A DNA stretch of 56,752 bases, from assembly GCA_018398765.1 (NCBI GenBank), contig JAHBMJ010000116.1, forward strand, positions 1-56,752, in the 5' to 3' direction. The translations under genes were made by a program, and so were the position numbers. The first letter of the stretch is position 1; each line of letters begins with the position of its first letter. The notes under the pieces are model-generated. The model was not told where the DNA came from, searched no databases, and saw only the letters and a program-made list of their open reading frames with translations. Positions 25,393 through 38,300 of the stretch are shown here, in pieces. The stretch comes from Chromera velia (taxonomy: Eukaryota).

Positions 25393-28300
25393 TCAATCAT
25401 AGATCGATTGACCAAAAGCAATAGGCTTGGTGAGTGTATTGGCTGCCTGAATCTTACGAGGGATCCAAACAATGCTGGCAGACAATTGCTTGCATCTCTG
25501 AATGCACCAGTCGAGAACATGCTGCATCCCCGTGTCTGAATCTGCCACCTCGGATCTGAACTGATCATGCAAAGGGTCACAGTCAATCAAGAACTGTACG
25601 GGCATGTCTTTCTGAAAATTCCGGCCAAAAGAAATCAGTCGAGGCACACGCTTGAGGCACTGCTCAAACCCAACCAACTCTAAAGCTGTGGAGTTGCCCA
25701 GCTTGATGGTCGAACGCATCGAACGCCATGCGAAAATGTTGAACAATTCATCTCCTGGCTTCCAGGCATGATCAAGTTGAACCAGAAGAGCAATCCATGC
25801 ATGCCTTCCTTCGTATGTGTCTTTCTCATGAGAGGAATCAATGGAGAAAACCATCTTGAGAAGAGGAGAGCGAGACAGACGGCGGAAATTCAGACCTTCT
25901 GGATCTTTCTTGATTTCGTGCAGGATTCTGACAGCAATCGCGAGATGCCTTTGGGTCGGTGTCTTTCCATAGCGAGAAAGAACATCGTACCACACACGAC
26001 AGAAAGGAGAGAGACGTCCCCCCCAACCCAGACACCCGATCACACTGCTGTAGATGTCTTTCAGAGACAGATCTGGTTGCTCACCTTCCTGCAGATGAAA
26101 ATCCTTTTCTTTGCATGAAGACGTGCCCCCCACTCCTCTCCGAGGGATCTTGTATTCTCTGAACAGTTTGTCTGTGTCCACCCCCTCAAGATACGAGGAC
26201 ATCGAGACTCTGCACTCCCCTTTGTCTCCTTCAAAGTCCATTCTTGCATACTTGAATTTGCATGAAGCCATTTCAAGCCTCGTCATTTTCCCAAACTCCA
26301 TCTCCCCCTGCAGATGTCGCATCACCCTCTCAACCTGCCCAAAAGCAATCAGGCCAAAAACGTCATCGATCCAATTGATGAGAACATTCTTCTCTTTATC
26401 AACTGCAATCCCCAACTCTATTCTCTCAAACCCTGCCCGCCCCGTTGTCCCAACCCACTTGTTGTCAAAAAGTTTGGACGAGACAGGCATGCCGTAGAGA
26501 CCGCGAACGACCTCCCGGATCTGTCCAGGCAAGAGAGATCTGGCGTACTCTTTCACTTTCTCCCACTTCTCGGGCTTCATGTCTGGATAGGGGCATACGT
26601 CTGGGATCGGAGGCATCCACGCAGGCATGCGCGCGTAGACTCTCTCGGCATTCGTGTCGGTAGACTGAAGGAACGCCCCCTTCACATCGGATTCCCCCAC
26701 AAAAATCTGCAAAGCACACGCGAGTGCCCAGATCATGCAGAAAAAGATCAGAGCAGGGACAGGGGTACCTGTGAAGGTATCAATCTTTCTCTTATCCCGG
26801 AAGCCCTTCCCGAAGCATCGGGCTTTTGGCACTCTCTTTGTTGCTGTGGGGGGAGAGTGACTAGGAGACGGACTTCCGTTCTTTCCTTCCTTCCCCTTTC
26901 CTTTCTCTGCCTCCTTCTCCTTCCATGTGAGCCTCCAGTCGAGATCCATCACCATCTTGGCCTCTTCCCTCGGAACCGCCCTCCCAAACACCTCCTGCCC
27001 GCAGATGTTCTGGAGCCACTCATCTCTCATCACCTCATTGAACTTCCCCTCCCTCACCTCTTCCTCCTTTGCTGGAATGTTGGTGGAGCCTTTCTTGAAA
27101 TCAAAGGCTGCCAGCGCCTCCAACGATTCCGAATGCACTGACCCTTGTTCTGCCCCCCCCTCATGCTGAGGATTTCTGAGGAGGTCGGAACCAAACAAGG
27201 AGTCATCAGGAGGAATGCCATCAGGGTGAGGGGCTGCGGGTGCATCTCCACCCGCGTCTGGCGGCACCCCCTCATTCACAACACCCTGCTGCTGTGCGGA
27301 CAGACCGACACCAATCGGAGGGGGGCCTGGGGAGACTTGGGATTCGATCTCGGCAGGCAGACGGTCGTCTACGAAATCGAAATAACGCAGCACTTGCTGT
27401 TTCCGAATGGGATTGGGCGCTATTCCCTCTGCACGCCACTTCCCACTCCCATCCCCCACTGGCTGGAGTCATGCTGCAGGGATGGACTTGTGATACGCTT
27501 TTCCTGTCTGCATCATCACAAGACGCCTGCCATTCGCTTCTACAAGCAAACCTGTGTACTTCCTCTGGCTATCTCCCGGAGGGCCCGCTCCCTGCTGTGG
27601 AACCTCGGCCTGGACTTCCACCCCCAGATCCTGGTCGTCGCCTCCTATGCCTACTGCACCCCCCCCGTCCTCTTGAGCAGCGGCTGCCCCCCCCTGAATC
27701 GCACTGATCTGTGGAGGAGCCTCACCACCCTGTGGATGGGCGGCGGGAAGGTTCTGACCAGAAACCTGCGGAGCAGAGGGCAAAAGCACATTTTCACCCC
27801 CAGACACAAGCCTTCCCTTCACAGGGGTCTCCAGAATTCTCTTCACCATACGCCACCCCACAAGTGGACCATCGTGCAAGGGCTCCACGAGGAATGGGTG
27901 TGTGTTAAAAACCTGAATACGGTGTTTCTGTGCGTTGTAGTACAAGAGTGCTGCGACACGGGGGGACCAAATGTAGAGAAACATACAAAGCTTGCCTGGG
28001 AGGGAAAGGTCCTTAGAACCGTGACGAATCATAACCCAATCCCCCAACGCAAACTTGCGATCTGGTTTCTCCCCAGTCCTCCGCTCATACGCACTCTTTC
28101 TGTCAGTGGGGTGGACAATCTTATCTCCTTCTATGGCTACTGCTATGCTGATCTCGTGTGTAAGACTATGGGGAATTCGCTCTCCCTATCTCCCCCCCTC
28201 ACTCGGAACCAAACACCTGTCCAGAGCCACCCTGACCTGATTTCGATGAGTGCGGATAGGTCTCTCAGCGAATCCCAAAATCCCTTTGATTCCAGTCGGG

Positions 28301-30441
28301 GCCCTTTCTGGGAGGATGGGTGGGCTGAACGACCTGCAGGTTTCGATGAACTTACCCCCAATCAACTCAGGGGCCCTGTCTGTGAGGATCTTCTTAGGAA
28401 CAACACCGTAGTAATCGATCCAATCCATCAGGGAATCTGCAGCATCGCGGCGGCCACGCATCGGAGTGTCAAACTTGCTACGAGTGTGGAGATCTGTCCA
28501 AAGATTCCCACACGGGAATCCACTGACCTCTGCATCCTCATCCCCAGGAAACCACGTGTCCAAATACACCTCATCCCCGAATTCCTTCACCTTGCTTCTC
28601 CGGCTCTTCTCCCGAGTCGCTGCCCTCAACGACTTGTTGACTGCCTGCTTCTGCTGGCAAGTCCGGCAAGTGGCAGTAATCTCTGCTGCCATGGCTGCTG
28701 TGATGGACTTTCCGTCCTCCTCGAGGGTGAGACGGAAATATTCAGCCCCCGAGTGGATGCCGAGACGATTGTGCTCAACTCTTGCCTCCTCCATGTCCAA
28801 ACGACGCAGCTCACGCTGCACACACAGAGCCTGCCTACCACCACCCCACTCACGGTCGAACTCTGCTTCCCTTTTCTTCGCATTGACAGGGAGAGGAAAG
28901 GAAGGGATACGAGAGCAGCAGTGGCCATTCGGTGCATCAACAGTGACGCGATGTATAATGCCACGGACGTCTCGCACATCAAAGTACGACGGCGTCTCAC
29001 CCGACCTATCAAAGGCTGCGCAGGCATCATACGTGACCAACGTGGGAACATCGTCATCTGTGAGGTAGAGATACGTGTGGAACAGCCCACCCGTCTCGTT
29101 CTCTAGAATCACGGTGCCGATCCCATCGACATTGATCCAAACGCGCTCGGACGTTTGGCGGCCGTCGCCGTCGCGCTTTGCAACGCCGACGCGCGCGGAG
29201 TACGGCTGTTCCCGAACCAGAACTCCAGCTCTCTGCAGTCTCCCACGATTCCCCATTCCCCTCTCGGTACCCGTGTCTACCATGGCCCGTCCGACATCAT
29301 GCCGACAGTTCGTACACTGATATGTGACACAGTTCGATGATTGCTGGAAATCAAACGCTGTGTGAGGGGAAGGGCGGAAGTTGAGCACATCATACTCTCC
29401 GATGACGAACTCACCCGGGTTACCCGGATCTCCTCGAACGTGGTTGACTGTTTGTTTCTTCTTCGACTTGGGTGGGGCGGCATTCTTCTCTACCATACAC
29501 TTGCTGCACCTACAAGTTGGCTTCCAGTGGCCCAGACGACCACAGCACTTGCACTCATTCCCTTCTTTGAGTGATTCGCATGTACTGGGGTTCTTGCAGC
29601 TGCTCCGACCACAACGCCAACACTTCTTTTCGGAATTCGAGACGGGGTTGCTTTTCGGCTGAGACGAGTTGTTTGACTTCTTCGGGGGACGGGTGTTGTT
29701 GGGTTTTTCTTTGCGTGGGAGTCCCATCCCACCTCCAACAAACAGCGCAATCTCTTCTTTCACGACGGCCCGTATGTCCCCCTGCTTCTTGGGTGCAAGC
29801 CCCCCCTTCCGCGGGGCAGACTCATCTCCGTGTACTGTTTTGCACATCTCAGTGAGTTTCTGAATGAGTACGTCTGGATCCTTCAGCTGTGCGGATGTGA
29901 GAGTTGCCGACCAGACATCCTGCGTCGACTGGGACAGGGATCTGAGTACAGCATCGGCCCTCTTCCTCATGGGAACTTCCCCTTTGAGACTATCGGTACG
30001 GGTTACCAGGTTTCTATACTGATTAATCACCTCAGTCCCGGTTGATCTGCTCAATGCGGGGAAAGTCTCCCACTCTCTTTCTACCTCATCGCGTTTCTTT
30101 TCATCGTTATCCTCCCCCGATGACTTGAGGGCATCAATAAGGGCCTTTTTGTACTTATCGTACTCGGTACTTCCGTTGGCAGCGTCATAGTCACCCGCTT
30201 TCCTCTTCTGAAATACGTTGTCTATGACCACCCCTACCCTGGGGTGTCCTTTTGTTGACCGATACAGCTGGTCGCATGTCCAACGATCCAGCTTCACCCC
30301 GTCAAGGTCTACTTTTCCATCCAAAATCGAAAGGAAGGAGTCGTAAAACCTCGAAAAGGTATTGACCTCATTGACTGCCAAGTCCTTATCGGGTTTGTCG
30401 ACGAAGAGAGGGAAGACGAGCTTCCCGTCCGTTGCGGACAT
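25393..30441 (-). pseudogene. gag-pol polyprotein in one frame, broken by TAG (28186-28188) and TGA (27469-27471)
   Basis: ORFs 28186..30447, 27469..28047 and 25393..27459 are in the same frame. Zinc knuckle CKCCGRLGHWKPTC; protease AMVDTG; integrase HNRLGIH/CRTC, YLDT, LTDRAPE, FAER; RT KARCFGKGF, DVKGAFLQ, GLYG, WIDD; RNase H FSIDSS, TALEL, IDC, AANTLTK. Confidence 0.92.
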
Positions 30442-30488
30442 TTGCACAGCCTACTCCAAACCTCCTTTACTCTCGCTGGCGTCGTACC

Positions 30489-30724
30489 AGAAATAATATG
30501 GGTTAATCTGGACGACTATCTGACACACGGACTCTCATATGCAAGGTCATTACGACTGCTAAGAGACTGACATTACGACAAGGTACAACGAACCTTCTCT
30601 GTCTTGCAGGTATCTGTATCATATGATTGATAATACAGATCCTACGAGTATGACGTCAGATTCAGTCACCCCTGGCACCCCTGACATCTCCATTCTGAGA
30701 CTGTCATGAATCTAACTCACAACT
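30489..30724 (-). repeat. 5' LTR
   Basis: Direct repeat of 25125-25360. Confidence 0.95.
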
Positions 30725-32879
30725 ATGCAAAGATATGTAATTTAATAATGTAAAGTTTAGTAAAGTTATTTAATTTTTTCAATCTTTTGCAGTGGTTGGC
30801 ATTAATTCAATCAGACCGCTTCACTCGTTGTGACTCACCCTTTGCATCTGCCTCCTTTTCTGATCTGGGGGTTCGCAAGTTCATCACATTGCTCTTGCGC
30901 TCTCAACCCTCTCTCCTCTTTATGATTTCTCGTCATATTGTAGTAAATGATTGATTAGATTAAGTTTGAATAACTGTCGTCCACTTAGCTTGCAGCTGGT
31001 ATAATTGAACAGACCCATGCATGTATGCGCCGCCCGGGAGTTCTAACCTAGGGCGGAACATATCAATCAATCAATCAATCAAATCAATAACTCCACTTAG
31101 GGTTTCACATCAATCAATCAATCAATCAATGTATTATAAATTGTAATATAATAAATGTATTGGCAGTGCTTCTAGACGTCAGCAAAAAAAAAAAACGAAA
31201 GTGATCGGTACTACTATGATGATGATAGTAGCCATCTAGTTTAGTAAGTTTACTAGCTAATCTAAAATTTATTTTTATATTTAATTAGTAATAATCTAGT
31301 TAAGTAATAATTGTACTGCTCAAATTGATTTCAATCATAATTTAAAAAACTTACTAGTGAAAATACTTTTTAAGAAGTAGAAGTTAATTCACAATGTTCA
31401 CATACGTCAGGTAAGATCTGAATGACAGGAGTCATAACTTCAGAGGATCGATCAAGCACTGGCAATTCCGGAACAAAACTGTTCAACTAAGGATCAACTT
31501 TGAATGAAAGTACCAAATTTCGCTAGAGGCGGGCAGACGGAGTCCCAGACGGACTGACGAACGGACTGACATTGAGGCATTAAGACAGAGACTGATCGAA
31601 AAAGACACAGACATTGAAACAAAGGGACAGTGCTCTACTAGGGCACCAATTCAATCACTATCACTATCACTCACAGACTGTATGATTTCTGTTCCCAGCG
31701 TGTCTTCAAGCCCGACAGACTATATGGTGTCTTTCCCTCAAGACTGACGGACAGACAATCTGACAAACAGGCAGATAGACGGAGAGACAGACAGGCAGGT
31801 GAACGTGTACAGACAGACTACATGTTTCTTCTTCTTCCTCCTTTTCTTCATGGACACAACAGACAAAAAGAAAGAAAGCAACAAAGACAAAAGAACATCA
31901 CGACAACTCAGACAAAGTGGGCAGGGGGCCCGAAAGGTGAGAGTCAAGCGCCCCTCGCCTCTCAAGCTCCCGACAGGACTTCACGTGATCACTTGTCCGT
32001 CGCACGCTACTGTCCCGTTGCTTCCATTCAAGACAAGAGAGAGAAAAAAGGAAGAAGACAATAAAAAACAACAAAGAAAAAACCTTCCAGAAAGAAAGGG
32101 AAAAAACTGCACGTGGGAACCGGCACCGTCATGGTCTTTAGACAGGGGTGGGGGGGTGGGGGGGCGCCCCTTCGTAGGGGGATTCTTCTGATGCTGTGAC
32201 TTCATGTCTTGCGGAAAAACTCTTTCGGCGGTAACGAAACTCTCAAAGTCCCATACCGAAAGAGCGACGGTGCTGACAGACAGACAGACAGACAGGCAGG
32301 CAGGCAGACAGACTATATGTTTCTTCTTCTTCTCCCTCCTTTTCTTCATGAACACAACACAGACAGACAGACAGACAGACAGACAGAGTGAACATGTACA
32401 GACAGACATACTATATGTTTCTTCTTCTCCCTCCTGACAGACAGACAGACAGACAGACAAACAGAACTCATTGCCTTTCTGTCGAATAGTGTATTCAAGG
32501 ATCTGCTTCTTCCCATTCCGTTTTTTGTGATTACGGCTTCAAGTTACATAGTGACTTATTTCCACTCAAACTAGCATTCGAACTAGCTAGCGAGTTTGTT
32601 TTTGAAGAAGTTGCTGTCTGTTTTCTCTAGAGCCGTTCAGTGTTACCTTCGGGAAGATGCTCTATCTTCTGCGTGGTCTTCCGCAATCTCCTGAAGATTT
32701 TGGACTAGCATAATCTGCACGCCCACAAAAATGAAGACGCATGACTATTCTTTCACGCAAGCGACAGATGGGCAAATCAACACGCAACGACTGCAGACAC
32801 GAGCAGCAGACAGATGAAGAAACTTTCTTTCCAGCGAAGGTCAAAGAGGTGAGTCACCAATACAGATCCATTCCAACCT

Positions 32880-34417
32880 TTAGCCTCCAAATGCATCGCC
32901 TGCATTTTGCAGCGACGTGTGTAGGTGGGTGGGTGGATGAGAAGAAACGTAATTTTCCGTGCATGCCAAAAAAGTGACCATGCAATCCTGTTCTCGGAAG
33001 AGAGGACATGAGAGGAGACAGGTATTGCTTTCGGTTCTTTACACTCTTTTGTCTCATCTCACCTGATTCTCCTGTTCATCGCTCGCACCGAACGCAGGGT
33101 CGTAGGCCAAGAAGGCAACAGCCGCCTCTTGGGACCTTGCGCGTATCAGTCGGCGAAGAATCTTTCCGGACTCTGCAAGAAGAGCCCGTGGAGAGAACGG
33201 AAACCAAGGGGGGGGGGTAGGGTCATTTGCAGATGAAGAAAAGAAAGGAATGTCTGGATGCAGATTCAGCCGCAGGGGCATCTGGAAGATCACCAGCACA
33301 AAGCGAACCAAAGAGAACTTCACAAATCGAGACCTCCAACAGACTCACAAACACACGAGAATACACCACATGCTCACACAGACATTCTCTCTCTCTCACA
33401 CACACACACACACGCGCACACGCTCACGAATACGCACAGAGAGAGTGAGAGAGAGAGAGAGACAGAGACAGAGAGCTCTTGTTTGTTTGTGTGTGGGTGT
33501 GTGTGTGTGTGTGTTTGTGCCTGCCTGCCTGCCTGACCGTTTGAGATGAGTTGCTGCTTCTCGAGTTGCTGTGCCCTCTGGAGCATCAACGGCCATGCTC
33601 TCTCTAGAATGGTCCCGTCTTGGGACAGGGGGGCCTGCTGTCTGCTGGATGCGGGAGGCGGGCCGCCTGCAAAGTAAGTTTGGGTTTGCATGAGGGGACG
33701 GTTTTTTGTTGTGGATGTGCGCATCGTTTCTCCGATCAGGCACGAATGACTAGAGTTGATCATGGCTTCTGTCTGTTCAGATTTTTTTTTTCCTGTATGA
33801 ACGCAAACGAATGACTAGAAATGATCATGGCTTCTGTCTGTTCAGATTTATGGATCGAAAGAAGATGGAAGTCAGCAGGAGGGAGCGCGCTTCTCCTTCT
33901 CTCACTCCCTCACTGACTTACTCACTCACTCACTCACTCCCTCATCGACCCACTGACTCCCTCCCTCCCTCACTCACTGACTCACTCACTCACTCACTTA
34001 CTCAGTCGATTACGAATTGACTGACTGACTCCCTCCCTTACTCACTCACTCACTCACTTACTGAGCCAATCACCCATTGACTGACTGACTGACTGACTGA
34101 CCAACCGACTCAGTGACCGACTGACTTCCGGGTGTGCCAGAAGGGGGGAAGTGTGCAATTTCAGGTCTGCACAGGGGCCGTGCCGCACTCGGCGGTCTGC
34201 CATGCAGGAGAGAACAAACACGTGCAGAGAAGAATTCAGGAATGAACGGGAGTCAGGGCGGAACAGAGAGAGAGAAGCAGGTATTCTTTCTTTTTGTGTT
34301 CTCTACGGAGCGACAAAGATCGAGGAGGAACAAGGGCGGGATATGGTATGAATTAAAATAAAAGGGTAGGAAAAGGGAAGTGAGTCCCACTCAAATTAAG
34401 ACACCAAGTACAACAAA

Positions 34418-34451
<34 letters not shown>

Positions 34452-34716
34452 TTGTGTGCATACAGATACAAAGACGGATTATTTGAGAAGAAAGAGCAAG
34501 TGCAGACGCTCTGCACTTCACATATATATATCCTACAAATAAATGGATGGCACATGGAAGGAAGGAACCGACCTGGTCGATGCGGGGGCAGTTTGTCTCT
34601 CGCCCTTTCCCTTCCCCTCCGACTCGCCTACTCCAAGTCTGGATGCGGGTCTCTGTGTAGGCTCTTCCTCTTCGTCCTCCTCGTCTTCTGCCTCTTCTTC
34701 CTGTGCAACAACAGCG
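32880..34716 (-). CDS. Probable additional minus-strand exons (C-terminal extension of COQ10 or a separate hypothetical gene)
   Basis: AG/GT-bounded open segments: EEEAEDEEDEEEEPTQRP..., GPPPASSRQQ...QLEKQQLISN and SGKILRRLIRARSQEAAVAFLAYDPAFG. How they connect is not proven. Confidence 0.4.
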
Positions 34717-34955
34717 AGCAGAGAGAGAGAGAGAGAGAGAGAGACGCACTTGAATACAAACAGAGGTTTTCGCTTTCCAACTTCCCTGCCACAGACAGAC
34801 AGAGAGTCTCGGGGTCCTCGTCACTCTCATTAGCACATCCCCACACACACTCACATCCCGTCCCCCACGTGTAACCGTTCGTCCCCCCCCTTCAAACGCA
34901 TCCTCTTGCAATCACACAGACACCCAAGAGCAGGGCAACACGCACACACACACGC

Positions 34956-35005
<50 letters not shown>

Positions 35006-35014
35006 ACGCACACG

Positions 35015-35056
<42 letters not shown>

Positions 35057-35373
35057 CACGAGGGCCTACCCATTGTTGCCGCCCACTGCGCACTGCGGGT
35101 GTCACATGGAGACTGCTGCCTGGAATTAAGCATAAGCAGGAGACACAGGGAACGCAGGGGGGGCGTCATTTAGAGTACCCATATAAACAAATTGCTCAGG
35201 CGATGAGCCAAGCGATCGATCGATCCATCCATCATGCAGTCAACCCATGCATTCGGACGGAGAGATGGACACAGACAGAGAAGGAAAAAAAAAAACGAAT
35301 TAAAACGCCGTACACCTGCAGTGCGTCCCAACTCATCACCGGATCATCCAGCGACACCATTCCGATGCCGCAC

Positions 35374-38300
35374 CTAGCCAACAAGTGACTGCTTGCTAGG
35401 CTGTCGGACTGTCTGACTGCATGCCTGACCATAGATCTGGAGGGCCCTTTTGTCAAATGCCGACACCATCGCTTGTGCGACCTGCATTTTGCACCCCATG
35501 CCACATAGTTGACGCACGCAAGGACACATCCGTGGGTCAACGATATGCGTGCGTCAATGATGTGCATCCCATGTCACATATTTGACGCACGCAAGGACAC
35601 GTCAAGTGCGTCAATGATGTGCGTGCGTCAATGATGTGCATCCCATGTCAAATATTTGACGCACGCAAGGACACATCCGTGGGTCAACGATATGCGTGCG
35701 TCAATGATGTGCATCCCATGTCAAATATTTGACGCACGCAAGGACACATCCGTGGGTCAACGATATGCGTGCGTCAATGATGTGCGTGCGTCAATGATGT
35801 GCATCCCATGTCAAAAGGGAGTGCGAGGAAAAGATGCGAAGTGCCTACAAACAGGTTATCACATGTTGAAAGAAACAAAGAGAGCGTGCGTCAAATGTGC
35901 GAGGCGGGAAAAAGAAGAGACACGACCAACAGAAGAAGAAGGAACACTCGTCAGTCAATCTCTCCCTCTCATCCCAATCCGCTGACTGACCCACTGACCG
36001 ACCTCTTGGAGAAAAAAACCCGCGGCCTGTTGGTGGATTTGGCTCCGAAACTGCAGCAATCAATTCATTTGTTTGTATTCATACATACTCTCTCTCTCTC
36101 TCCCTCTTACAGACACAAGCACACACAAGCAGATACAAGCACGCACACACACACACACACGACCGGCAAAAAGAGGAAATGATGGAGCAGGGACACAAGG
36201 CGAGCACAAGAAATAGAAGAAGAGTACAGATGAAAGCCGGACTCCCTCTCTCTCCTTGTCAAAGAGGTCCCGTCACTCGTCGACCATGGCTCTGCCTCCT
36301 TCTGTCTTTCTGCAGACGGACTCCTTTCTCCCTCATGTCCTCGCTGTCCCAACGGATCACAGAGATACACAGACAGAAGAATATGAATGTAGCTGCCAGT
36401 TGTGCTCTTGTGCACACTTTTCGCGTGACACAACAAGCAAAACGATCAGGTTGAAAAGAAACAAAGAAATTTGCCTGACGGGACCGACCTTGAATTCGAT
36501 GTTGAATTCCAACCAACTCGTGTGGGCCTCCGGACCTGGATGGAACTTCCAGGTGTTCACCTGCATGCATGGATTTTCATTCAGGGTTATGAACATCAAT
36601 GCATGCACCGGACCGGGATGGAACTTCCAGGTGTTCACCTGCTTGCAAGAGGGTCGAGGGAGGGTCGACCGACCAAACAGGATCCGATGAGAATATTCAA
36701 ATCCTCTCGATGCATCCTCAATCACAATGCTCTGACTCGACCTAAATGAAAATTCTTGGGACCGCGTGGAGGGGGACTTGAGTGTTCTTCCTGTCACTCT
36801 TCTCCAGTTGTCTTGGCGTCATCGCAGCTCAGCTAGAAAAAGCTGAATGAACAACAAGAACTCACACGATAAGGTCCTCTGAAAAAGCAGACAGGAAGAG
36901 TGACGAAAGGACGAGAAGGAAGGGTGGGTGAAAGAAAACGTACACTGAAGCAAACGGGCGGGGCCCATTTGGCGACTGCACATTCCCTCCAAATCCCTCA
37001 ATCCACCAGCCGTCCAACAAACTAACCGACCAATTTTTCGAATGTGGAGGAATCGGCAGCTGCCACTGAGATCTGACTAGGCCTCTTTCCTTTCACTACA
37101 GAAGTGTACCTCTCGGTAAACAAACGAAACCCGACCTGTGAGAACTCATACACAGAAACGAATGAGAAAGAGAGACGAGAGAGACACATCCTATCTGTGG
37201 AAATTATTGGATAGCACAGGAATTTGAGAAAAAAGGGACCAGAGAAACAAAAGCGAGAAGAGGCAACAAGGGCTCTGAAAGGAAAGAGAGTGGCAGAGAG
37301 TGCAATACAAAACTTTACGCACACAAACACACACAATTCTCTCAATTCCGAAACGCTCACTCACGCACTCACTCACTCACTCACGCACTCACTCACTCAC
37401 TCACTCAACAGGCCAACATTGAAGGAGAGACGGCTATGCAGTGAGTGAGAGCAAAGGCAACCGCGACGTGCATTGTTCTTCACAGAAGATCGAGAAGAAA
37501 GAAATTCAACTTTAGTTAGATCGAAAGGCGGCGTCGAAGAGCATTCCGGTACGCTACTGCCATCTGCTGAGCAAGAGACTACTTGTGTTTATGGAGAAAA
37601 ACGTCAGTCAGTCAGTCAGTCAGTCAGTCAGTCAGTCAGTCAGCCAGTCAGTCAGTCAGTCAGTCAGTCAGTCAGTCACAGACTCACTCACTCACTCAGT
37701 CAATTACTCACTCAGTCAGTCAGTCAGTCATTCAGTCACTCACTCACTCACTCACTCACTCAATCAGTTACACACTGAGTGACTGACAGACTGACTTCCA
37801 GTTCCGCCAAAAATTCCCCGTTCACGGCGTTAGGCGCCTTCACGATTCGACTCTCCTGTCATGCCATCCAAAAATAGATAGAAGGTTGCAAAGGAAAAAT
37901 GGAGAGAAATGAAGAAGCACGTTTCGGCCTGAGAAAAGAAGCACGTTTTGCCTGACGTTTCGGCACATCTCTTCCCTTTTCTTTCCCTTGCATGCGTCCT
38001 CGCGTGCGTCAATTGTTTTGCCTGGCGTTTCGGCACATCTCTTCCCTTTTCTGTCGTTTCTCGACGAACTCCTCGAAACTGGGGAGAAGTTTCGGTAGCG
38101 AAAGGCATCAAACAACCTTGAAAGGCGGAAGGAAGAAAGCAAGGCGCAGGAGCAAGTGACAGACAGACAGACAGGCAGGCAGACAGACAGACAGACTTGG
38201 CACCACGGCAGAAAGCGTTTGTATTCCTTCACGTCGATCACCATGTCATAGTACTGTTCAGGCGTGTACCTGCAGTGCAAAAGAAAAATGAATGGATGGA

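Larger units (their letters stand above)
25125..30724 (-). mobile_element. Full-length copia-order LTR retrotransposon (5600 bp) with 5-bp TSD ATGCA
   Basis: 236-bp LTRs at 25125-25360 and 30489-30724 differ at 6 positions. TSD ATGCA at 25120-25124 and 30725-30729. PPT gagggggtg abuts the 3' LTR and PBS-like (t)ggtacgacgccagc abuts the 5' LTR. Domain order is gag-PR-IN-RT-RH. Confidence 0.96.

Noticed and set aside
18..28188. In-frame TAG stops as evidence of stop-codon reassignment or programmed readthrough
   Set aside because: They occur only in decayed retroelements, a TGA and missense lesions accompany them, and host exons show no internal TAG.
27145..29106. 653-aa plus-strand ORF
   Set aside because: It lies antisense to the copia gag-pol and has no recognisable motifs, so it is most likely a shadow ORF.
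31040..31110. Telomeric repeat or rRNA fragment (aacctaggg, ttagggttt, catatcaat)
   Set aside because: Only isolated short matches are present, with no tandem array or extended rRNA similarity.
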